A stretch of DNA of 63,476 nt, the filler included, from Octopus bimaculoides (lineage: Eukaryota), in the NCBI RefSeq assembly GCF_001194135.2. It is 5 parts of 4 records of this genome, joined end to end, with 100 filler letters (N's around TTAATTAATTAA, not from the genome) between each part and the next. Parts side by side here need not be neighbours in the genome. Positions count along the whole stretch, not along the records: positions 1 to 27,539 come from NC_068982.1; 4 more parts are not named here. The stretch is one strand, 5' to 3'. Below, one piece after another: positions 1-9,749 of this stretch. Position 1 is the stretch's first letter. Each line of letters opens with the position of its first letter. A program made the translations under genes and the position numbers. Below the pieces are notes generated by a model. It did no database searches. It saw only the letters and a list, made by a program, of their open reading frames with translations, and had not been told where the DNA came from.

Positions 1-388
1 ACTGAGCCTCGACGTGGGCGAACCATAGGGCCGGATCAAAAGACCAGAAGGATGGCAATTTTACAGAAATTGCGGCTTGAGACAGTGCCATGTCTACAGA
101 CGAAGAGGTTGCAGGCGTGTCTTGCTCCGGAAAGTGCATATATTATGAAAATGAGTTGGTATTTTCTCTTGGTTTAGCGACTGTAGATCTGAAGAATGTA
201 GTTCTTTAGTTCGAATTCAGGAAAAATGCAGAAAGTAGAAATTCTTTCGCTCGGAGATCACCATGTGTAACGGTTCATGTTTTTGTGAAGGCTGCGATTC
301 TCTTGTTTGGGGTCACCACTTGTAACGGTTTTATGATTGAACGATGAAGATCATTTTTTATAAGAAAATATTTATTTATGCCGTTACA
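1..388 (-). mobile_element. 5' end of a Ty3/Gypsy LTR retrotransposon (candidate LTR 321-388, PBS 309-318, gag start at 91 running off the window)
   Basis: The minus strand from ATG at 91 reads MALSQAAISVKLPSFWSFDPALWFAHVEAQ, matching the KLPxFWxxDPxLWFxxxEAQF start of Gypsy Gag proteins. TGGTGACCCC (PBS, complementary to the tRNA-Trp 3' end) lies 2 nt after a segment ending in ACA. Confidence 0.8.
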
Positions 389-837
389 TTCTATGTTGCC
401 ATACCACGACGGGTAGGCCAGTGTAATAGTATATAAAACATGCAAGGTTGAGAATTTAGGCCTGTATCTGTATGTTCCTTTTTTTTATAGCAGTAATTGT
501 ATAGAGGGAGAGATGGTAGGGTTATAATGTGGGCGCCGTTGTCTGACAGTGGCTGACAGCAAAGTTATTTCTCCCTCTGCCAAGTTGTAGCTGATCAGCC
601 AGGCATCCTTCTCCATGAGACGTCAAGTGACCACTGGTCACTAGAAAGAGAAAAGAGGAAGTTTTCTTGGAGTATCCTGTTTATATAGCCATGAAATAGG
701 GCAGTGAGTGCAAAGGATTTAGCTTGTTTTACCTCAATTCTAGATGGAGTAGAAGAGGTCAAAAAAGGGTCAAGTGGTGGAGACCGCTTCGGCCTAGCTA
801 TTCAAATATGGGTAAAGTGGATCGAATCCACTTCACG

Positions 838-873
838 CCTTTACGTTTCGAGCCTACGCTCTTCAACAGAAAG
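838..873 (-). ncRNA. Minimal Penelope-type hammerhead ribozyme motif (variant core CUGUUGA)
   Basis: Minus strand reads CTTT-CTGTTGA-A-GAGC-gtag-GCTC-GAAA-CG-TA^AAGG: stem II GAGC/GCTC, palindromic ACGT in place of helix III, and a short stem I. Confidence 0.5.
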
Positions 874-1130
874 GAACACGAGAAAATAAACAGAGAGAGA
901 ATAACAAAGCTTTAGTCGCTAGCGGTCGATCATGGCGATGGCTGGACGCAGATGGTCAGGCAGGAGAACTAGGAAGAAGGGGAGATAATAAAGTAGAGGT
1001 GATCTCAAAACGAATGTGCACGTGCGTATGTGAACGTGTGTAAGTGTGTGCGTGTGGATTGGAGCTGGTAACCTTGGCGTGTGTGTGTGTGCATGTATAG
1101 GTGTGTGTATGATGGTGTGTGTGCTGAACT
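838..1130 (-). mobile_element. Penelope-like pseudo-LTR fragment
   Basis: Near-identical to about 21225-21500, which is attached to a GIY-YIG coding remnant. Contains the hammerhead motif. Confidence 0.65.
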
Positions 1131-1319
1131 ATATATATATATATATTCACTGCTGAATTTTATTCCGATTAAAAACACATGGTACCGAAGTGCAGCTCGA
1201 AAAGCCCACCTTTTTCATAGATATATAGGGATAAACAATCTTCTATGTGCTGTCCAGAATACTTTAGGTGTTCGTTTGGTATGTTGATTTTTTTGTTTAT
1301 TTCTATGTGTCTTGACTAT

Positions 1320-1381
1320 ACTATACTGACGAGTGAAGATTATATATTACTATAATGATCACGAAATCGGCGATCTATAGT
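1320..1381 (+). ncRNA. Type I hammerhead ribozyme
   Basis: Stem I ACTATA/TATAGT; core CTGACGA (1326-1332); stem II GTGA-AG-ATTATA-loop-TATAAT-GA-TCAC; GAAA (1363-1366); short stem III TC-GGC-GA; AUC cleavage triplet, with the cut after 1375. Confidence 0.75.
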
Positions 1382-1627
1382 TCAGCCTTTATTCAAAAGG
1401 CTAGCTTCTTTGAAGGCTGCATTTCCTCGCATTCGGTAAAAATGTGTTTATTACGGTAGTTAACGTGAGGCATTCTTGTATAGTTATGCCCTTATATATA
1501 TATATATATAAATAGATAAATATGATTAAGGGGAAAACGATAGATTCTTCCCTATGAATTTTTTTCACAATAACTATTTGATAAATTCTTATATAAGAGT
1601 TTATCCTATTATTGTATATTTCTATAC

Positions 1628-1850
1628 AATTTAGAAAAAAGAACCAGAGTTCATGAACTCATCTATGAAAATCCAGTCACAGATAGAAAAATTTAATAAG
1701 TAAATACATTTATAAATATGTTTATAATTTTCGATAACATATATTTTACATTTATTTTTAACAATATTGTTTAATATTTTTCTATCGTGATAAAATAAGT
1801 ATTTTTATATAAATTCATTTTTTATTTATTGTTGGTTGATATATATATAT
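1628..1850. mobile_element. Internally deleted derivative of the foldback-like element at 25149-26961
   Basis: Starts with the reverse complement of the 26961 terminus (aatttagaaaaaagaacc...), then jumps to sequence matching about 26545-26685. Confidence 0.65.
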
Positions 1851-1894
1851 ATATATAATACAATATAATACAGTCTGTTAAAGTCTGTCATACC

Positions 1895-1934
1895 GGCCAT
1901 GACGAAGGGAAATAGCCCTGAAACTCGAGTCGCC
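1895..1934 (+). ncRNA. Minimal hammerhead ribozyme candidate with palindromic loop III
   Basis: GGC-CATGACGA-AGGG-aaatag-CCCT-GAAAC-TCGA-GTC^GCC. The core carries one extra or altered nucleotide relative to CUGANGA. Confidence 0.5.
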
Positions 1935-2224
1935 TTTATATATATATATTTATATTTATATATTTATATATTTGATCCTTTATATTGAACACTCAATATT
2001 TCATCTACATTCAATACTTTCTTTCATGGTGCCATCCATTTTTATGTTATTTTATTTTATATTGTATATTGTATATCATATTATATATTGTATATTCCAT
2101 ATTCTATACCCCACATTAGTTCTGCAGGAATATAAATAAAACATAAAAAACAGACAGTGTTGGAACTCTTTTAAGCAAAATAATATATTCCTCTATACAC
2201 AATCATACAAAAAANNNNNNNNNN

Positions 2225-4290
2225 CTATGACCTCATCAGTGGTCCTTTGCTTTCTTCTTTCTTATATGTGTGTCCCTCCTTGCTAACGATCAGCCATTTT
2301 GTATTTTGTATTCCTATTGTATGTGTCTACGCATGCGTATCCCTTTATGTGTGTGTATGGGGAGTGCCTGTATTATCTGTATCCTCTGTTAATACATGTT
2401 CGTTTGTTTTGTTTTTATTTATTTATTTATTTGTTCATGTGTTTATACCTACTTTTTTGTTTTGTTTTTGTTTTTGTTTTTTTGTTTGTATTTAATTTTG
2501 ATTTTAATTTAATTTTGTTAACGTATGTAGTATTTAATTTCATTTGTTTATCTATGTATTGTATTATATTGTATTATATTGTATTATATTTTGTTCATAT
2601 TGTTATCGGTTTATGGGGATTTTATTGTCATATGTTGTGGTTTGTCGGGGGGGGGGTGTTAGTGTTCCATTCCAGTTTCCTATTCAGGCTAGGTTTATCT
2701 TGTATTATGTGTGTAGTTTCTGTAATTTGTCTAAGTGCTGCGTCTGTTCTATGTGTGGACAAGCTTTTAATTTCTATGTTGTTGAGTGAGCCTCCGTGTT
2801 CCTGCTCAGCATGCTGGTACAGAACTGATGAGCTCTTCTCTTCCTTAAGTTCCCTGTAATGTTCATTTACCCGCTCTCCTATGCTCCGTGCTGTTTCCTC
2901 TGCATACGTCGTTGTCTTGTTACTGCATCGTCCCTCTGTACATCTTATACTATAGACCACATTTCTGGTTTTACAGTTTGTTTGTGGGCTAAATCTACAT
3001 ACAGTACAGTTCCTATCAGTGCAGGGGTTTCTACTAAAAGAGTAGGTTCTACTGATAAGGGATTTGATAGGGTTGCCTGGCTTTTCAACAACCTTAATTC
3101 TTAGCTTAAGTTTGTCTAGGGCCCTTCTAAAGCGGTACGCCAGTTCGCCTCTAGGGGTGGTGTCGACGAACATGATGCTCTGGTATTTGTGGCTATCATA
3201 CCATGAGTTGGCCTTCCCTATATTCTTCTTAATCTTTTCAATGGTGTTCCATGAGTTGCTCCTATAGAGCGCGTTACGTTTGATGGTTTCAAATTTCTTC
3301 ATAGTTACTTTGTATACTCTGATCTTTTCTGTAACCTGAGAACTGCATGCGGTGAACGAAATGTTGTATATGTCCCTTTAATTCTGTAGGGTTGCACATG
3401 CAGGACACATTTCGCATTACTCTGACGAGGTCTGCCATCAATATATTGAATTTGGCATTGTCCGCAATAGCTGAGTTCCGGTGGATCAGGTATTTAGAGG
3501 CCATAGGTTCGGCATAGTGTGAATGAAGGATTCGGGTTTTATTATTCTCAGTTTCCAGCCAGAGTTCAGTATCTAGTACAGGTAATCTATGGTTAGGGTG
3601 TTTAGTAGGGTAGTCTATCGTAACCATAATACTCTGGTGGATGGAGTTAGCTATTTGCTGGATGCTCTCCATAGTATCAGTTTCTATTTCTATTTCAAGA
3701 GTACGTTGATATCATCGACATATCGAGAGTACATATTGACGAGTATGGAGTTCTGTGTCAGGCGTTCCTTAAGCCTTCTGTCCCACCATACCATGAACAG
3801 ATTGGCCACATCACCGGCGATACTAACACCGATGGCTGCCCCCTCGTCCTGAGCGTATATTTTGTTGTTAAACTTAAATGTGTGGCCTTTTAGGGTAACT
3901 CTTATACTAGCTCCTAGTGCATGTGCGATCATTTTCTTTACCTGACGAACATTAGCGGGTGTCTGTATGGCTCTGATCCATCTGCTCCATCTCTCTATAG
4001 GGGTCTTCCTAGCCATAGAAGTAATTGTGGGTGGTCTACCTCTTAAACGTCTACTAGGGCAGAAACTTCTAAGGTCGTGTTTATTTAGATATACATCGTC
4101 ACATGTCAATCTAAGTAGGAGGCCCTGTTTTTCTGTGCTGACATTGCGGAACTCCACTTCACTCTCGTTGATCATCTCCACGCACTTTTCCACCGCAGAA
4201 TCCACGTCGATAGATGGATGAGGTCACAGAAGTGTGACGAAAGAACTCTGGCCGAAATATGATTAATGTAATGTAATGTAATATAAACCT
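2225..4290 (-). mobile_element. 5'-truncated Penelope-like retroelement (RT + Cys linker + GIY-YIG endonuclease), frameshifted
   Basis: Three consecutive minus ORFs: 3690-4205 (GAAIGVSIAGDVANLFM...SRYVDDI), 3289-3672 (LPVLD...HYAEPMAS) and 2628-3302 (CTDRNCTVC...NVVYSIRC...TYAEETARSIGERVNEH). Frameshifts lie near 3680 and 3325. An inverted pLTR piece starts at 4217. Confidence 0.9.
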
Positions 4291-4366
4291 GAAGCAAATT
4301 AACACCAAATATACAGTGCGTGTGTTTTTATTGGCTAAACTGGCAACATGACCATCCCCAAATACA

Positions 4367-4638
4367 ACAACATTTTATTATTATTATTGTTGTATTTTGA
4401 CCTGAAGATTAGCGATATTTTTTAATAGAATTGTTTTTCAATCGATTTAATCGATTTGATTATATTTTATTATCTGTTTGAAAATTTGGTTATGAAATAC
4501 GTGTCGTCGTTTTATTATTTTATGAATATTACTTTGTATTTTATTATAGTTCTTTTTAGTGTATTTACCTACTAAATTTTTCTATATGTGACTGTGGATT
4601 TTCATGGAAGAATTCATAAACTTAGGTTCTTTTCTCTC

Positions 4639-4640
<2 letters not shown>
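4367..4640. mobile_element. Isolated terminal arm of the foldback-like element
   Basis: High similarity to about 26690-26961 and ends at a (TA)n tract. Confidence 0.65.
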
Positions 4641-4683
<43 letters not shown>

Positions 4684-4929
4684 ACTCAATGTCGAAACAT
4701 ATTGTTTTTTTCCTAGGGATATTCATCCAAGCGTACACCGGTTTAGTTCTATATCGATTAATGATACTGGAAATTGCACATGCGCATATGTGCAAGTGTT
4801 TATCGATATTAGTACCTTACACTTTTGACATTCCAGTTGTCGCTATAAACAGAATCATTCTAATCCAAACACCAAGAATAAACTTAAAATGTCATATCAT
4901 AAGTTACAGATTTAGTCGGATGATATATA

Positions 4930-5660
4930 CTAATTAACTTTAGTAGAGTATTTCCGGAACTCAGAGGGGTCTCTGCAGAAATAACGTACATTTTAATCTG
5001 GATAACATCTCTAATAGGAGATTCGAAATATATAAAAATATATCATATAAATTTTTCAAGGATATAAGGCTATCAATCAATATCGAAATTGAACATAACT
5101 TCTTCAAAATTTTGGGCATCAACCTAGATCTGAAAGCAGGTAAATATAAACCCTACCGTAAAACGAACACTAACAACGTAAACAATAATCATCCAAGAAC
5201 TATTATACATAAATTAGTTGAAAATATATTAAAAAGAATTTCAAATCACTCGACGAATGGGGAGATTATTAAAGAGAATGTGGATTATAATAACATCCCA
5301 GTAAGTAAAGTCGGATATAAGCAAAAATTCACAAAATAAGATTCACTATAGTGGTATTCACATTGAAAGAAATGAAGATAAAGTTGAAATAATTATAGAT
5401 AGAATATGATATAAATTTTAAAAAAACTTGAGGAATCACTTAGGGAACGTAAGTAAACCAAACACATATAAAAAGAACAGAAACAGTGAGGAGCCAAAAA
5501 AAATCAATGATAATAAGTTAGGAAGTAAGCCAAAAAGAAAAACACTATGATAATAGTAATTATGACTATATTAAAACAAACTAAAATGGGACAATACACA
5601 ACAAAAAGGTAAGAATTGGGAAGCTCGGGTATCTCACAAGTATCCAGCATCATGATCAGC
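4930..5660 (+). mobile_element. Degenerate Penelope-like RT/thumb fragment
   Basis: ORF 5112-5339 LGINLDLKAGKYKPYRK...NNHPRTII...KRISNHST...GY matches the PLE FLD..LDL..G.Y.PYRKP...SNHP motif. Confidence 0.7.
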
Positions 5661-6206
5661 TACATCATTTGTAAAATAGTTGCATTTAAGCAAAATTTCT
5701 AATGCGAAATGTAAAGTTGGACAATTTACTTCCGACATTATAAATGTTATTAAATTTTAAAAACAGTTCTGTCCTCATCTTAAAACAGTAAATAAAAAAA
5801 AGTGGTGGAAAGATGATAGCGGGATTAACTCTAGCTTTGCATGAGTTCTGGTGTATCATACTCGCAATGTGTTCTTCGTAATCTGGCAGCAGAAATTCTT
5901 TTTTCATTCTATATTCTTTAGCTATTAAAGAACCGCAGAAGTGAAACCATAAAATTATTTTAAAATCCACCATGGCCACAGTCAAATGACTGAAACGAGT
6001 AAAAGAGTAAAGAGTAAAGAGTAAAGAGTATTCTGCTCTTTCGTTAATGCAATAGTGATAATATTAATTAATTTTGTTTTATTATAAGCAAATTTCACAA
6101 GAAAATTAAAGTCACTAATCAGCATATAACATTTGCTGCTTAATTATATTCATGAGGAATGTACACTTTGAAATATCGCTTGTGGAATCTAATTTCTTTT
6201 TTACAG

Positions 6207-6601
6207 AAAACACAAAAACTGACGAACCGAACAATGATCCACCAGAATACGATGAAAAATCTGGAACCACATCTGCTTTTGAGAAACCTTTGGCTTCTGA
6301 ACATCCTGAACAACCTGGATATCCACCGCCACCACCATATACACCACTACTCGGATATGAACCACAACCCGGATATCCACCACAACCCGGATATCCACCA
6401 CAATTCGGATATCCACTACAACCCGGAGATCCACGACAACCCGGATATCCACCGCAATTTGGATATCCACCACAACCTGGATATCCACCACAACCCGGAT
6501 ATCCACCACAACTCGGATATCCACCACAACCCGGATACCTGTCACAACCACCACCTGTGCTACAACAACCACAGCAACAACAACAACAACAGTCGGTTAT
6601 T
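6207..6601 (+). CDS. CD225/dispanin-family (proline-rich transmembrane protein 1-like) gene, proline-rich coding exon
   Basis: Acceptor tttttttacag at 6206, entered in phase 1. Open frame [15 protein letters not shown]...(PGYPPQ)n...[10 protein letters not shown]. Donor gtaagc at 6602 is phase 0, matching the next exon. Confidence 0.85.
6350..6547 (+). repeat. Coding 18-bp tandem repeat, 11 units (consensus cccggatatccaccacaa = PGYPPQ)
   Basis: Read directly from the sequence and translation. Confidence 0.95.
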
Positions 6602-7469
6602 GTAAGCAAATATTATTTCTTTTCATTTTACTCCTTACTGTTCTACAACCATTTATCCTAAACAGAAACATTATGTTTGGCAAGTTTTAGTCATCAAAGG
6701 GTGACTGTACTAGGATGAGGTGCATCAGAAATGACATCGAATACATAGCGAGGTGCAAACAATACGGCACCATTTCGGTGCTGTTTAAGTTGGAAACTTT
6801 CGCTATGAAACATTCAATGACCCCATGCAAAACTAACTAAATCATCACGTACCACTCCCACAAACATTTTCTCCAAAACACAAACACAACCAACACCTTC
6901 ACTATCACCAGAATCCCCCAAACGCAGACAACCTAAACAAGAACAGACACTCACACAAAAATCTAAAATTGCAGAGTTTACACTCACAGCACACACAAAA
7001 ACAACAAGCCCATCACCACTACAGTCAAACAAACAATTAAACAACCCCAACACAAAACACCCAACTTCATACTCATCAGAACGGACAACAAGGAACTGAT
7101 GGCACTCATAACACAAAACACAGATGCTGAAACAGGGGTGGGGGTGATATTCGAATCGAACACATTTCGCGTACCAGAAGATTTACTTCTGGTGCGAATG
7201 TCGCTCGATTCCTACACAAAAATCGAGTGAGCTTTCCGGAGGAGGTGGGAACTCCGAAGGTGAGACCCACATCGAAGTTCTTAAAGGGATTCCCCAAAAA
7301 AGACACCCCAATTATGAAAATCGAAGCACTCGACCTTCACAAGCCACTGGGAGGTAAGTATTCCCTTCACTTCTCTCTTTAGCTTGCAACATGACCATAC
7401 TAAAAGTAGGATTTTTAGATGTGTGATACCTGGGGTCACGCTGGAAGCAGGAACGCCTGCTCAAGTACC

Positions 7470-9400
7470 TCAGGCGCTGAGCGCTGTGAATGACAAAAAC
7501 TTCAGCCGAAATTCAGGATGCCCTTGTCGTCTGCAGGAGGCACAATTCACCCGGTTTAGATGGTCTGCCCTATGAACTTTGCGTAAATATGCCAGACTTG
7601 TTCTCTGATCTTCTCGAAGCGCTCTACTGCAACTGGCTGCAGAACGAGAGTATTCCCAGTTGTGTGAGCCGGGGCGTGGTGACGCTGATAAGGAAAGCCG
7701 AAAACAAGAGGGATACATTAGATAACTTCAGGCCCATAACTCTGCATAACACAGAGTTTAAAATTTTGGCCAATGTTTTAGCAAAGAGGATGGCACATGA
7801 AATCATGGACTTGGTTGGGGAGGCGCAATCCCATCTAGGTCCAGACACGACAACCTCCACCACATGCGCTACATCATAGAAAGAGTAGGTTGTAAATGTG
7901 GCTTCGGTGATGATCAATTTAGATCAGTTGAAAACATTCGATAGGGTCGACCATCGATATCTGGAGGCTGTTCTCAAAGCGGCTGGCTTCGCCCCGTCAT
8001 CAGAGGTTAGGTCGCTGCAATGCACAGCGGCATCTGCTCCGTTTTCAAAGTTAATGGCCACCTCTCGGAACCGTTTCAGATCGCCCGATTGGTCCATCAG
8101 GGGTGCCCTCTCTCCCCACTTCTGTACGTTTTGACTCTTGAGCCTTTACTGTGGAAGCTGGAGCTGCTGCAGGGCGTCCCACTCGAACCGGGATGCTGGT
8201 TAGCTGTGTCGGCGTATGCGGACAACATCACCGTGATGGTGTTGGACACCTCAGAAATCGAGGTGGTCGGCACATCATTGCAGGAATATGAAAAGTTGAC
8301 TTGAGCTAAACTTAACCCGGAAAAGTCGGTCGACTTGCAACTCGGCACCTGCAGAGACAAATCCATACCGTCCAACAGCGTTGTTAGCCGCTTGACAGAC
8401 GGACACATAACGTTACTTGAGGGTTGGTTCGGATCAGACCTCCAGGTGGATAAAAATTGGGACGATGTGACAAGCAGGGTAGCTAGTCTCGCCTAGAAAT
8501 GGGCTGGAAGCTATCCCTGAAAGATCGAGTGGAGGTGGCGAATGTGGTCATTGCGTCCGTCATCTACTACGGCTTGACCGTTGTGCCTTCAAATTCTTGT
8601 GTAGGGGACAGACTCCATTGGTTTGGCGGACCATCTGCTGCTAACACCCTCTACGCGGAAGGCTTGACATGCCGTAGCTAATGATGCGCATACAGGCGCT
8701 GAGACTACAGTATCTCCAGATATTCTGCCTAAACGGTGACAGGTGGAGTCTCCAAGACTGAGTTGAAGTCTTGGGTTAAAAAGTGACCGAGGTGGAGTGG
8801 CTGGCATCTGGAATGTTGCGAGGCACTCACTGCCGTCTACCAAACGGGCATGGCGATGAGTGGAACATCTACTCTTGAGATCTATAGAGGGTTAGTGGAG
8901 GGAAAGAGTGATGAAACATTTGGGGAGACGCTAATTTGTTCAGGGGGATTTTCGAACCCTGGACGATGGATAACTTCCAGAAATGCCTAGCTTGGGGCAC
9001 TACCGGTTCGAGATAAGCTCTACAGGCACAGAAGTGCTCTCAGACGGACTTGCCCGAGATACGCGCGGAGCGATGAAACCGTTCTGCACGCACTCGTCCA
9101 GTGTCCTTATATTACTAACTTGTAGAGTTATGTTGAACCGCTGTTATCACATGTAGGACGGACCCAGCTATCGGCCGATTCCATAGTGAAGATCGATCCA
9201 CCGCCTTCCATCGATCTTGAAGGGCAGGCAATTTTCCTCTGTCTGTTTCACAGTAACGAAAGAGGTTGTATGGTGGACCAAGTTAAAAAGTACTGAAGAC
9301 AGACACTTTTCTTTTAGGCCAATCCCTCATCAACTTTTCTCAAGTTTCACCGGGAAAGGAAGATGGAGGTGGAGAGAGAAGTGCTAAAAGAGTGAATGTA
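7470..9400 (+). mobile_element. Degenerate L1/Tx1-clade LINE (RT and C-terminal zinc-binding region)
   Basis: PGLDGLPYE...NFRPITLHNTEFKILANVLAKR, NLDQLKTFDRVDH, QGCPLSPLLY, SAYADN, and CPR..DETVLHALVQCP near 9055-9100. Many stops and frameshifts. Confidence 0.85.
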
Positions 9401-9749
9401 GCGAAATTGGCACGTGTGAGTGAACCTACTCTAATAATGCGCCTGTAGGCTAGTGAATTTGAGAGGGAGAAGAGTGCTCTTCCCAGATGCCCTCGAAGCG
9501 TCCAGTGGTTCCGGATTGGTGCGTTACTTGAACTAACTACAGGTGGTTACTCCGCTTCCTATTCGGGAACTTTCATTGATTTATTCTTTTGTTGGATATA
9601 TATGGTTTATGCTTTCTCCCTTCTCGGAGAGTATCCGACACTGTAGGGAATCAGTGCTTTTATCAATATTAAATTACAAATTTAAAGATACATAATTTAT
9701 GTTAAAACTTGTTTTAGCTAAAGCAAGCTAATTAAGCTATTTGGTTCAT

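Noticed and set aside
3289-3291. TGA in the Penelope-like element as possible selenocysteine
   Set aside because: It lies in the shifted frame after a frameshift near 3325. The true frame continues RVYKVTMKKFE.
5586-5614. ATG...AAG|gtaaga as the first exon of the CD225 gene
   Set aside because: It gives phase 2 where phase 1 is needed, and it sits in a PLE remnant.
6115-6609. Minus ORFs (GYPGCG and VVVDIR repeats) and the alternative plus frame 6159-6605
   Set aside because: These are shadow frames of the 18-bp coding repeat. Only the PGYPPQ frame splices in phase to the CD225 exons.
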